The position numbers and the translations under genes were made by a program. This document shows, one piece after another, positions 13,945 to 26,949 of a stretch of DNA of 64,000 nt; the stretch's first letter is position 1, and every line of letters begins with the position of its first letter. This DNA is from Eledone cirrhosa (Eukaryota): positions 67,208,001 to 67,272,000 of the forward strand of contig OZ024742.1 in NCBI GenBank assembly GCA_964016885.1, given 5' to 3'. The notes below the pieces were generated by a model. The model had not been told where the DNA came from, made no database searches, and saw only the letters and a program-made list of their open reading frames with translations.

Positions 13945-14311
13945 TCGGTAGAGGGTCGGACCCCATGCTCTCCAGCATAGTTACGTCCCTTTACGGTCTG
14001 AGTTCAAATCCCGTCGAGGTTAACTTTACCTTTCATCCTTACGGGATCGATATAATAAAGTACCAATAATGAACTGGGATAATTGCTGGCCTTGTGCCAA
14101 AAGTAGAAACAATTATTAAAACGGTGATGGATTGGCAGTATCGGTAGAGGGTCGGATGCCATGCTTTGCAGCATAGTTACGGCCCTTTACGATCTGAGTT
14201 TAAATCCCACCGAGGATAACTATGCCTTTCATCCTTACGGGTTCGATAAAATAAAGTACCAGTAATACACTGAGTAATTGCTGGCCTTGAGACAAAAGTA
14301 GAAACAATTAT
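13945..14311 (+). mobile_element. Tandem dimer of tRNA-derived SINE (Meta-type core)
   Basis: GAGTTCAAATCCC B box plus CCTTTCATCCTTACGGG.TCGATA core and GCCAAAAGTAGAAACAATTA tail, present twice. Confidence 0.85.
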
Positions 14312-14959
14312 ATTTGTTAGTGTTTTCGTTCTGTAACCATTATATTAAATGAGTTTTAAAAAAAAAGAGTTAATAAATAAATAAAGGTTTAATGAATAAA
14401 TAAAACGTTATACTTGTTTTACCCTCCCATTTCCAATACACCGAACGCTGCTTTCATGACTGTATGTATGTGTTTGTGTAAATGTATATGTGTGAATGTA
14501 TGTATGTTTGTGTGAAAGTATGTGTGAATGTATGTGTATTTATCTAAATGTATGTCCGTGAGCGTCTATTTTTATAAGTTTGTGTTTGCGCGATTATAAT
14601 TATATACTCATAATAGTTATATACTCATACATATAGATGCATGTATGTGCACTCTCATACGCGTCAACATGTAGAAAACCATAATCTATCTCTCTCTCTC
14701 ATCACACACTCTCTCTTTCTATATATATGGTAGTTGAAGTGATGGTGGTGGCGGCGATATACTGGAAGTGTAGAAATGTGGATGAAACTTTGAAAAGAAG
14801 TCAATTTTAAATTATTAATGTTTACGAAATTTAGTTACGAAATTATGTGCGCATATATGCATATATATTTAATGTGCTCATATATGCATATATATATTTA
14901 ATAGCCCGATGCAAATAGAGCTACATTATGATCACTAGCAGACCCCCCACCCTTGGGCG

Positions 14960-16045
14960 TTTTTTTTGCTAGCATATGTAGTCTGCATATTGGTAATATA
15001 CGCAAATATATATGCATATAGATATATGTAAATTGAAAAGTAAATTGACAATATCTTCTTCACACACTTAATTCTGAGAGAGTCGTGGGGGCAGAGTCCT
15101 TCTCAAACACTCCTTCCAGCAAGTCTGCCAGTAGCAAACCACTCTAACTGATCCACCTGGATCCCAAAGCGTGACCAGCCAAGGATGTTATCCAAATATC
15201 TTGCTGATTGATTTTATCCAACTAACTTGCTCAGAGTCTACCTCTGAGTCTCTTACCGGTTGGTTTTGACCTTAAAATGTGTCCAGCGATTCTTTACTGA
15301 GACATTCTAACCCCATGCTCATAATATCGGAGTTGTCATCTCTCAATTTGGAGAAATAGCGGCTCTACCAGGAGTGACTCTCTGGTCTCTGAGTTATGTA
15401 CTTTATCGAGTAACGTCACTCCAAATACCCTTCGGAGGAATCTCATGTCTGCCACTGTTATGATCCTCGGTAAGATTTGGCAGGAATACCAGGAAGACAG
15501 CGAGTTTGGCTTTTACACTTACCATATTAAATGAGTTTAAAAAAAAGGGTTAATAAATAAATAAAGAGTTAATAAATAAAACGTTAAACTTGTTTTACCA
15601 TTCCATTTCCAATTTCACCGAATGCTGCTATCATGACTGTATATGTGTGTTTGTGTAAATGTATGTGTGAATGTATTTATGTTTGTGTGAAAGTATGTTT
15701 GAATGTATGTGTAATTGTATGAATTATGTCCGTGAGGGTGTATTTTTATAAGTTTGTGTTTGAGCGATTATAGTTATATACTCATAATAGTTATATACTC
15801 TTACATATAGACATATGTATGTGCACACCCATACGCGTCAGTGTGTAGAAAATCAGAATCTCTCTATCTCTCAACACACACTCTATCTTTTATATATATG
15901 GTAGTTGAAGTGGTGGTGGTAGTGGTGGTGGCGACGATATACCAGAAGTGTAACTTTGAAAAGAAGTCAATTTTAAATTATTTATTTTTACGAATTTATT
16001 TGTTTACGAAATTTAGTACATAAATTATGTAATATTCATTCATCC
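14960..16045 (+). repeat. Composite duplicated block, copy 2
   Basis: Similar to 12880-13190, 31126-31397 and 32386-32890, with a different internal deletion. Confidence 0.85.
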
Positions 16046-16768
16046 TTTTTGGTGGTCAACGTATGGCAATATAATTCAAATATTTCAGTTAGACACATTA
16101 CCAAACACTAATATATATGTATGTGTGTATGTCTGTGTGTGTGAGTGTGTGTGAGCGAATGCATTTGGGGTGTGTGTGTATATATACATATATATGTGTG
16201 TCCGTGTCTCTGTGTGCGTGCGTGCGTGTGTATGTGTTTATATGAAGAATTTATTATTTATTTTGCGTTACTTGATTTTCGGCGTGACTCTCTAATAGCG
16301 AGGTTGGAATTGATAATCTTTACAATAAATTCGATATTTGGCTTGTGTCATTTTGAATCAGGAGGTGAAACACAAAAACTTGATTAAAGATAGGAGACAT
16401 GAAAAATCTGGTGTCTAATGTGTGTTTTAATAGTTAAGGTGAGAGGTCTGAAAATATTGGAAGCTGACCGTCGTTTGAACATTTTCTAAATGTACTTTAA
16501 TTTACACGTGTCCACCGGTACATTATTGCTATTAATAGTGAATATATTCCAAGATGCTCTATCATTATCTCGCTCTATTCCTAATTTATTTATATTAGGA
16601 ATATATATATATATATAATTGAGTAAAATGACATGAGCCCGGACTGGTGAAAATCTCTCATCATGGTTGGCTATACGGAATGACCAGTTCTATCCAGTGG
16701 TGAACCACCAAACTTACATGTATTTATATATATATATATATGTGTGTGTGCGTGTGTGTGTGTATACA

Positions 16769-16800
<32 letters not shown>

Positions 16801-16829
16801 ATACTACCAATAACAACAATGATTTCCAT

Positions 16830-17034
16830 TATAGGCAGAAGACCAGCAATATTGGGGAAGGGGAAAGTCGATTAAATCGACGCCACAACCAGACTGGTAC
16901 TTTATTTTATCGACCCCGTAAGTATGAAAGGCAAACTTAACTTCGGCGGGATTTGAACTCAGTGATGGAAAGGGCCGTAACTCTTTGCGTAAAAGCATGG
17001 CGTCCGACCCTTTCCCGATACTGCCAATCCACCG
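16830..17034 (-). mobile_element. tRNA-derived SINE (Meta-type core)
   Basis: Reverse complement of the same SINE consensus. Confidence 0.85.
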
Positions 17035-17390
17035 TCCTGATAATGAAAATAATAATAATAATAACATTAAGAAAGATGCTGATGTTAAATAAATCGTTTA
17101 TTCATCATAACTATTTCAAGGTTCTCTCATGATAACACTTTACTCAAAAAAAAAAACATGATGACTGGGACACCCTTTTAGGAACTCATATCTCTACCGG
17201 GCGCACGAGCAGAATGATGTTTTTCTTGCCGGCGGCATATCACAAATTCGAATTTCATCTAAAGATACCGTCTCATAACACCAACCAATGTATAAATTAC
17301 CTGTTGATTGCATGGGGAAACCGTCGAAATAATTATAATAAATAAACGATTTATGTAGCAGCAGCATATCTCTTAATGTTATTATTTTAC

Positions 17391-17541
17391 TGGTGGATTG
17401 GCAGTATTGGTAGAGATTGGGATACCATGCTTTGCAGCATAGAGTTAACTCTGCCTTTCAGCCTTACGGGGTTGATAAAATAAAGGACCAGTAGTGCACT
17501 GAGATTATTGCTGGCCTTGTGCCAAAATTATAAACAATTAT
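17391..17541 (+). mobile_element. SINE, internally deleted
   Basis: Same family head, core and tail. Confidence 0.8.
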
Positions 17542-17661
17542 TATACTGAATCTCGATCGTAACTACAAATTACGAATGCTGAGAACTTTCTCCTGCTTGC
17601 TCCTGTTCTTATATTTTCGGAACACACACACCCAAGCACCCCCGCCCACCCCACACACACG

Positions 17662-17715
<54 letters not shown>

Positions 17716-18124
17716 TTTATTTTTCAAAGTTTTTGATATGAAATCTTGTGTTGAAACAAATATTGTTATATATGGGGAGGGTCATATTGTTATAATATTG
17801 CCAGGAATAGTAATATAACTCAAGGTTTCCGCTTATTTATATTTTATATCCCTATACTTAATTTAGCTAGTAATCAATGCTTCTGATTGATTGACTAAAG
17901 GTTATACTCTATTAAAGTTCTTTCATCACACACCTGGGACATCATCAGTGGTACTATTATATTTCCTCCCGTTGTATTGTAAAATATACGCCATTTTTTT
18001 CTCATGTATATTTTAAAGGAAACACAGTGCTTTAAGAAGCGAATTTGTTCTTTTGCTATTATAACCAAACAGTGAGTGTGTTTTATTATTATTTCTGGCA
18101 AGATTATAACTATATGAGACTCCC

Positions 18125-18182
<58 letters not shown>

Positions 18183-18349
18183 GGACTAAAATTAGAGCGA
18201 GAAGACAGGGTGTCCGTCAACAGTGATGTTCCAACAGTCATTGGTATTTCTTCGCATTAAAGATCATCTGATCTTAAATGCGAAGAAATACCAATGACTA
18301 ATTTTATTCATATGTATCCCATTTGCAACAACGCAGCACGCCATTTTTC

Positions 18350-18405
<56 letters not shown>

Positions 18406-18959
18406 TACTTGTCTTAATGTGTATGCGATATGAAATATTGCTTTCCCTGCCAACACCTTAGCCATTACAATTTAAATCACTGCAAGTCCTCCAGTCACCC
18501 CGCCCTCTGTCTCTCTTTTCTCAGTTTGTGCACTAGTCATTAGGTTTTTGACTTTCTATATCACTTACACTATAAGTCTAATTCTCCTTATCACAATTAG
18601 GCATTTACATTTATTCATCTAATATGTATTCAATCTAAAATATACCATCTCTGGAAGTTATTTTGTCTGTTACTCAAATGGTAGCGAGTTTAAAATCATT
18701 ATTAACATATACGCTATTATATGCATTGATGTGAAATGTAGCAAGGTGTTTAATACATATTAAGTGCTCAGAAAATGATATATACACTTGGAAGATTATT
18801 TGTATGAATTAATACTGGGGAAGTTCAAATTAAATACATATTGACTTTAGGAGCAACAAATTGGTTAAGAAAATTGATACATAGATGACAAAATCTGGTA
18901 CAAACAACCTCATGGTCTTAAGTCATCTGAACGTTACCTTAACATGTAATATATATATA

Positions 18960-19150
18960 TATAACGAAGGAAATGTGGTAAGGAACCAGGTGGACCATAA
19001 CGCACCAAAGTACTCAATACTTAGGGTAGTAGAGTGGGTAATAGGAACAAGTAAGACCCCGACGGCTGAGCTCAAGCCGTTTCGACGGCTAATTCAGAAT
19101 TAGCCGTCGAAACGGCTTGAGCTCAGCCGTCGTGGTCTTACTTGTTCCTA
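18960..19150. mobile_element. Family A element containing an approximately 110-bp palindrome
   Basis: 19041-19151 is a near-perfect inverted repeat centred at about 19096, flanked by (TA)n. Confidence 0.75.
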
Positions 19151-19172
19151 TATATATATATATATTATATAT

Positions 19173-19216
<44 letters not shown>

Positions 19217-19339
19217 ATTTATATATATATACATTCAAATAGCAATATGTATATACATGCTGTATCATTAATTTGATACATTTCGTCTAGTTGTTGCTGA
19301 AACGTCTATTTTATGTTTGCATATATGAGATATATAATT

Positions 19340-19830
19340 ATCAGTTATGTATTCTTCTATATTTCGCTGCTTTGATAATGAACGGTAGACAAATGGAAAA
19401 TAGACTACTTTAACTCTACCCGTGGAAAAAAAACTGAGTGCAAGGGCAGTGAGGAAATAAGTTATTGACTGGTTCAGACGTTTCAGGTAAGGTGACTCTG
19501 GCTTCAAAAACATACAAGGACATGGAAAACTTCCTTGTGGAAAATGAGACCTGGCTTGAAAATATTGAACAACAACTAAGCTCAAGCACTCTCACGTGGT
19601 CGGCAGAACTTGCTCCTTTAAAAATCACCATCAACAGACACCATCATAATGTCGGCTTTGGGAACAGAAACTATCCAGAGGCTCCTCATTAACTGAACCA
19701 TTACCAGGCGTATGAGCATTTGTAATCAACTGCAGAAAAAATGCTTGAGATGCCTCATTTCGGCGTCGTATTATAACAGGGATCAAAATGGAACTATTTT
19801 CATAATCCTAATAAGAGAAATTTGTTGCTT
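19340..19830 (+). pseudogene. Degraded mariner transposase
   Basis: WFRRFR*GD, ENIEQQ..ST..AEL, GFGNR..PH*L and RIITG..W..FHNP motifs, across frameshifts. Confidence 0.6.
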
Positions 19831-21119
19831 CACCCCGGCTAGGCTTTAGACCTCTCTCTCTCTCTATCTATCTATATCTCTCTACCTCCCTCTCTCTCTC
19901 TCTATCTCTCTATCTCTATCTATCTATGTATCTATCTCTCTATCTATCTCTATCTCTCCCTCTCTCTGTCTTTCTTTCTCTCTATATGTATTATTCCTAG
20001 AATCAAGGTCACCCTGCCGAAATATCTGGACATGCTAGTTCTTTTGTTTTTGTCATGGAAAAGGGGAAAATATCACAAGAGTGATCGTAAATTTTTAAAA
20101 GAATAAAATGTGTGCAGGTACAAAGACATTTCTTCCTCTTGGGGATCTTGATACTAGTAACAATAAATAGAGAGAGAAGAAAAGACAGGGAGGGGGAGAG
20201 AGAGAAGGTAAAACATTGAGAGAGAGAGAAAGAGGAAGAGTGTGTTTTGAAGATAGAGGTAATCAGAAGTGATTATGTTTCTCGTTAAAGTAGTTGCGTT
20301 GGTTAAAGTGTTTGTGGTTGAAGTGTCACCATCAACATTAAGTTTCTCGTTTTCCCACACTTGAATATATTTACATTTCTTTTATATTCGTACGTATAAA
20401 ACATGGCTGATAAGAAATACTTGAAATATAAGTGTTCATATAGCAGATTGAATCTTCATATCTGAAATTACTTCATAAGGGTATATATATTACAAATATG
20501 AGAAAAACTGTATAATGTTGATTAGGAAAGATGAATTAATATTGAATTCCGTTTGATTTTAATGTACGCTGTTATTTCACTCGTCAAATAAGTTGGATGA
20601 TACGCAAATATATAAACTTGCTAACAGCAATATACTTCTATTTTTGTTAGATTTTATGGTAATTTGTATATCCCATTTAATTTACGTTTGCTCACATTTA
20701 AATGTAACGTCGTATTTTACCGTCATTTTTTTAATTCCATATTTTCCATGTACTGAGGAATAAATTAAGCACTATTAAATGCGCCATACAGAAGAACAGA
20801 GTCCCTCTGGTAATAACACTTTAATGGTGTCAACCATGTGTGATGAAGTTTAAAACGCTCTTAATAGGGTTAATATCAAAAGAAAGCCCTACATTTATAT
20901 CGAAGGATACAACACAACAATTCTACAATAAGCTGCACGATAGAGTACAATATTGAAGTAATTTACTAGCAGCATTTGCAAACACGTGAACACAGAGGCA
21001 AGCAAACAGACAGAAACGTACGCAGGCGCCGCGCACAGAACCCCTGCATGCATGCACACTCATATATAATAGATATATATATAGTCACATACACACACAT
21101 ACATACATATATAAATATA

Positions 21120-21199
21120 TGAAACGAGTCAGGACCCCTCTAAGTATTGAGTGATCTGGTACGTTATGGGCCACATGATATCTTACCACACCCTCTTTG

Positions 21200-21202
<3 letters not shown>
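21120..21202 (+). mobile_element. Family A element, diverged, short inversion
   Basis: ctaagtattgagt..cgttatgggccac..cttaccaca..ttgtta matches family A. Confidence 0.55.
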
Positions 21203-21254
<52 letters not shown>

Positions 21255-21255
21255 G

Positions 21256-21424
21256 TTTATCGCGGGTTCAATCGGGGGTAGCCACAGTAAGTAATGTACT
21301 CAATACATAACAGCGTATACATATTTAATACAGAATTGACTTCTACATGACTAGAACTGTTTCATTCCAGAGAGATCATCTCCTGAATGAAACAGTTCTA
21401 GTCCTGTAGAAGCCATTTCTATAT

Positions 21425-21430
<6 letters not shown>
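21256..21430. mobile_element. Short non-autonomous element family B with head-to-head inversion
   Basis: Inverted repeat 21325-21367 / 21385-21430 carrying GAAAC-agttcta-GTC. Homologue at 49143-49255. (TA)n flanks. Confidence 0.7.
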
Positions 21431-21482
<52 letters not shown>

Positions 21483-21910
21483 CTTTCACCTTGTATTCTT
21501 CGGTGATGGTGATTTCAGTATTTTGAAGAGTGCAGCTTCAGCTAAGTTATACGATTGTATTTATGGCTTTAGCTATACTGTGCTGAACTTACAACTCTGG
21601 CATATTACTAACAAACTTTTAACAGAATAGTTTTAACATATTTATATTTATGTTATATATTCGACTTGAATTAGTCTTCATTTCTGAGTATGTTATGATG
21701 TATGGAAGGAAGTTGCGATCGGGCTACAACTATAAAACTTCATGATCTCAGTATATGATCTTTTTTCTCTAATGCCTCCATAAAGAATTTCCTTGGTACT
21801 GAGTGAGAAATTCCGTCAATATCTAGTGTTTTTAAGTTTTCAAATAAATATTCAAATACCTTCTATTTTCTCACTCTGTGGACAATGTTTATACATATAC
21901 ACACAACCAT

Positions 21911-21970
<60 letters not shown>

Positions 21971-21986
21971 GTGTGTGTGTATTTAT

Positions 21987-22091
<105 letters not shown>

Positions 22092-22139
22092 TAAGTAGAA
22101 CCAGCGTCAGTGTTGAAGCATATGTACAAACTTTATTGA

Positions 22140-22226
22140 CATAATGCAATTATTTCGATATCGATGAACTCAGAGTGTAATAAAACTGACGGGGCTCCAT
22201 TCTTATTTGACATCTCGTCAGATATG
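22140..22226 (-). ncRNA. Degenerate hammerhead with long stem II insert
   Basis: catat-CTGACGA-gatgtc..gatatc-GAAA-taatt-GCA-ttatg. Confidence 0.4.
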
Positions 22227-22325
22227 CGAGTGCAAAAACAGACCCATAACAGCATTAATAGCTTCGATAGGTGAGTTGCCTGTAACTATAGATAACACCC
22301 AAATAGCATTATACACACACACACA

Positions 22326-22413
<88 letters not shown>

Positions 22414-22422
22414 CACATACAC

Positions 22423-22463
<41 letters not shown>

Positions 22464-23766
22464 CATTTCTGCAATGACTTCAGACTCCAATCGCTTGTTA
22501 ATACACTTATAACGCACAATTGGCATACCATCGACGTCCAGATGTGTTCTCTTTAACTAATAGAACAGTAGAGAATTTTGAATCTGAAAAAACATTAAAT
22601 ATTTAATCTAATTGACGTAGTATATATTCTTTAGAGAGTTAGATCAAGAGATTATGTACCACAGTATAAATATTGTGTTGTTGTGCAGATCTTTATGTGC
22701 CTCTGATCATTTGTTTTATGTCTATCCGTCTTCGATACAACCAACAATGCATCAGAAAATACCATGATGGCAGCCATATTATTTAGATGTATTCACATCA
22801 TTGTCTGAGCCGTATTGAGCATATTTGATGTAACAACTAACTGGAACCATCAGGTATTGAACTGTGAACAAATGTCCAGAAATACACAAAGGGTGGTGTC
22901 AAGTGCCAAATGTAATCTATACAAAATTTAATTCAATTTCTGATCTTTAGTTATCTTCATTATCTTCATTCGATAATAAATCTATTCACGTCACAGCCTC
23001 CAGAAATTGTATCTTAATGATGTACATATGTACATATTCATGCATAATAAAACACATACATACACATATTCTCATGCATGAATACATATATCAACAAAAA
23101 TGCCTGCAAATACACACACATACACTTACAAGCACATACATATATATAGATACAGAGTGAGAGAGAGGGAATTAGATAAATAGATTAATAGATAGATCGA
23201 TCGATAGCTAGATCGATACATACATAGATACTTAGAGGAATAGATAGATAGATTGATATTTGAAATGATGTATCATGTGAATATTTTAACGCAGTTAATA
23301 AAAAGAAACATATTTGTCTGTTATTCAGCTCCTGGAAGGTTCTATCTTTACCCCGGCTTTAGCAAAACCACTCATATCTCATTATATGGAAAAACCGGTC
23401 GGATATCAGATCTCAGCTAGATTCACGTTACCTCTGGGAAAATGTTTGGTTCCTCTTTGATCCACTCGAGCAATCGTAGTGGGGTCACCGATTTACTCAT
23501 CATCCTGCATTAGTTAAATTGCTAATAATATAGCACAATTTTTAATAGCATTTGGTGAGACCTTGAATGTAATTTCTTTCTTTTATATTGGAAGAATCAG
23601 GTACAGCTTATAACTTGTGAAGGATCTGAATGGACAAGTCCATCATATTCATTTACTGTAATTGTTAAAGTTGCCTCGGGTATTTTTTACCATCCTGCGT
23701 GGAAGAAAACAAAATTCTTGAAAGAGCGGAGGAACCCATATGATTCAAATGGTGGCCATTTGCGTG

Positions 23767-23827
<61 letters not shown>

Positions 23828-24049
23828 GTGGTGCCCCAGCATGGCCTCAGACGGATGGCTGGAACAGGTAAAAGAGTATATATATGTATATAAATGTAAT
23901 TTGTGTTGCTGCGTGCTAGTGTCGCTTTTATGATTGTATGTGTGATTGTGTGAATGTAACTATATATATTTATATATAGCAAAAGGGATATTTAATTTGT
24001 TGGTAATTCAACAAATATATATATGTTTATAACTGATTCGAAGCACTCG

Positions 24050-25440
24050 GCAAGTTTTCTGGAGTATAATATCAATGATATTAAATGGGGAAAGTACCAA
24101 ATAATATTTCTATTTCTAGTTTTTTTGTTTGGTTTACTATTTAAATTGAATTGCTTATTGTTATTATAACGAATTCTAGGATGATTTATGTTATTGTTAT
24201 CTAAGTATTTAATTTTATTCGAGTATCCTGTTCTACGTAAAGCCTCATTGTAATATTCTGCCTTATCATCAAAAATATGTTTATTAGCAGAGATGCGTGA
24301 AATCCGTTGCTGGACGCTATTGGCAATAGTATTTTTTATATTTCTAGGATGATTAGAATTGAAACTTACGTAATTTAGATTTTCGTTAATTTTATGGAAT
24401 GGATAATAAAGACGTGAACTAAGGTCTAAGGTTACATTGAAGAAGTTAACGATTTGATAATTATTCTCGATTCCTAAATTAAGGTTGTAGTTGTTGAAAA
24501 ACTGTATTATGGATTTCTTTATCCTATTAATTTCACTATTGCTATTGATGATAAGGCAGAATATTTCAATGAGGCTTTACATAGAGCAGGATACTCGAAT
24601 AAAAGTAAATACTTAGATAAGAATAACATGATAAATCATCCTAGAATTCATTATAATAACAATAAGCAATTCAACCTAAATAGTAAACCAAACCAAAAAA
24701 CTAGAACTAGAAATATTATTTGGTGCTCTCCCTCATTTTCATTAGGCACTAAAACACCTTTAGCAAAGCTATTTTTGAAAGCACTAGACAAGTGTTTTCC
24801 TAAAGCCCGCAGATACCACTCTATTTTTAACAGACACAATATAAAACTATCCTATTCTAGTACTATGAACATAGCACAAAATATAAATAGAATTAATAAT
24901 AGAAACTTAAATTTCAACCCTAACCAAACAAACCCAGATAGCAATAATAATATTTCTAATAACAATATTCATAATAATAGTACCGCTCTCAGTAAAAACA
25001 ACTCCAGAAAATGTAACTGTAGAATTAAAGCAAACTGCCCTTTACAAAATAACTGCTTCGACAAAAACGTAATTTATAAATGCACAGTTAAAACTAGAGA
25101 GATAATATTTAACTATATAGGTGCCACTTCTACAAAATTCAAAGAACGCTGGTGCAACCACAAACATATATTTAATAGGTCTGATAAAATATCTTCCACT
25201 TCACTTTCACATCTAATTTGGAATTTAAAGGAAAACAATGTAGACTATTCAATATCTTGGGGAACGATTTCTAAAGCACCTGCATACCGAAATATGGCTT
25301 TCTCAAGAATCTGTCATTTGTTTATGGAGGAACATTTTTTTATATAATTAACTGTCAAAACTCTATTAATTTAAAAACAGAGTTATTTTCTTCTTGCAAA
25401 TATCGCCAAAAATCCACTTTCCGAAGAATTTTTAATCAAT
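24050..25440 (+). mobile_element. Penelope-like element (RT C-terminus, GIY-YIG) with inversion
   Basis: ORF 24628-25347 has RNIIW..CNCR..CPL..C..VIY..YIGAT..FKERW. 24240-24545 encodes RT C-terminus on the - strand. About 24050-24272 is an inverted copy of about 24548-24770. Confidence 0.88.
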
Positions 25441-26489
25441 GATATTCATTACACTTGACTATATCTTATACACCTTTAAAATGATCCTATTATTTACTGA
25501 GTTTTTCTTTAAAAGTTTAAATTTTTAAATGATATTCCTTTTTAAATTTAGTATTTTTTCCATTTGATATTCTGTTCCTAATGATACTCTTCTTAATCTA
25601 TTTTTTAGATGTAGATTGATACTCTTTAATTGACATTCTGAAAGATATCCTCTTTACGATAGTTCTTCGAAATGCACTCTTGATTTATCTAATAATACAT
25701 TTGTTCCTCTTCAAACTGTTCAAACATCTTTCGACGTAAATAATATGTAATTGAAATTCTCATCCTTGAAAAACTTATAATATAAAATACCTTATAATCT
25801 CACACAAAATAATATATAATTTTCTCTACAACCTTTCTAAGTAAATCATTCATCAAATTTAATGGTTAGCAAATAATATTGGAGTTATCTTTTCCTTTAC
25901 AATTGAGCAAACATAGACATGATAACTTGTATGATAAATTATATAATTTCGCTAAATTAACAATGTTCTGAAAAAATGTTCATTGTTGGAGCGACATATT
26001 TGAATCTACAAATTGTTCTTCTCTTACAACTTGAACTATGTCTTTTTCTCAAATATTTATGTAAAATGTTAAATCAACATCCTTCGTAACTCATATTAGA
26101 AATGTAAACAATTAATACGTGTGGTTTATTTCTGTAAAGTCACCAATATTACTTATAATTGAACAATTATTAATCTATATAGATATTTATATATTTACAA
26201 TATAAGATAATATAGCATAATATAGCTAAATCATTTTTTTAATTCTGGAATTATATTCCTCTATTCCTTCAAACTGTTAATTCTTTTTAAATTCACGTAA
26301 ATACAGGCTTTTCTTTCTTTCTCTTTCTTCGTCCTACACATAATATATATATCATAATAATTATTTAAATCTACCTAGCGTCTAAAGATAACGTTTTTTT
26401 CACCCCTATACCTCAACCTCATTTGCATATTGATCCTAATAATATGAAATATTTCACTTTTCTTCTCTTTCCCTGCTTTCCTGCTTTCA

Positions 26490-26810
26490 AACGTGTTGGT
26501 TATGGTTACTAAAAGGCTACATTAAGATATAAACGGAAGGATTTATATTAGCAGCGGAAGATCCAGCCATAAGAACGAGGTTGATAATGAAAAACATACG
26601 CAAGAATGATGTTCAGGTTGAATGCAGAATTTGTGGGATGAAAACAGAGAGAGATGCCGATATAAATTCAGAGTGTAATCGGTTAGACCAGAATGATTAT
26701 AAAAAAGGCAGCCATGATGGCGTGGCTACCATGTTCTACGGGAGCGTGTGTAAAAAGTATGGATTTCCATGTGCAGAAAAGAAACATGAACATGGTGTTA
26801 AAATATGATG
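26490..26810 (+). pseudogene. R4/Dong-like LINE C-terminal fragment
   Basis: TEGFILAAED.AIRTR..CRICG..E..I.SEC..YKK..HD. Confidence 0.7.
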
Positions 26811-26949
26811 AGAGTGCTATATTTTATTTATTAACTACAAAGGATTTACATGAAGAAAACAATAGTGACAGCATTAACAGAAAATAAACCATGACCAAAA
26901 TATAACTCACTTTCAGCAGATATGATGTAGGAGTGTCTCGCCGAGAGGA

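Larger units (their letters stand above)
12880..14835 (+). repeat. Composite duplicated block, copy 1
   Basis: Shares sequence with 14960-16045 and 31120-32895. Confidence 0.85.

Noticed and set aside
19465-19692. 75-aa ORF as a host exon
   Set aside because: Better explained as a frameshifted mariner transposase remnant.
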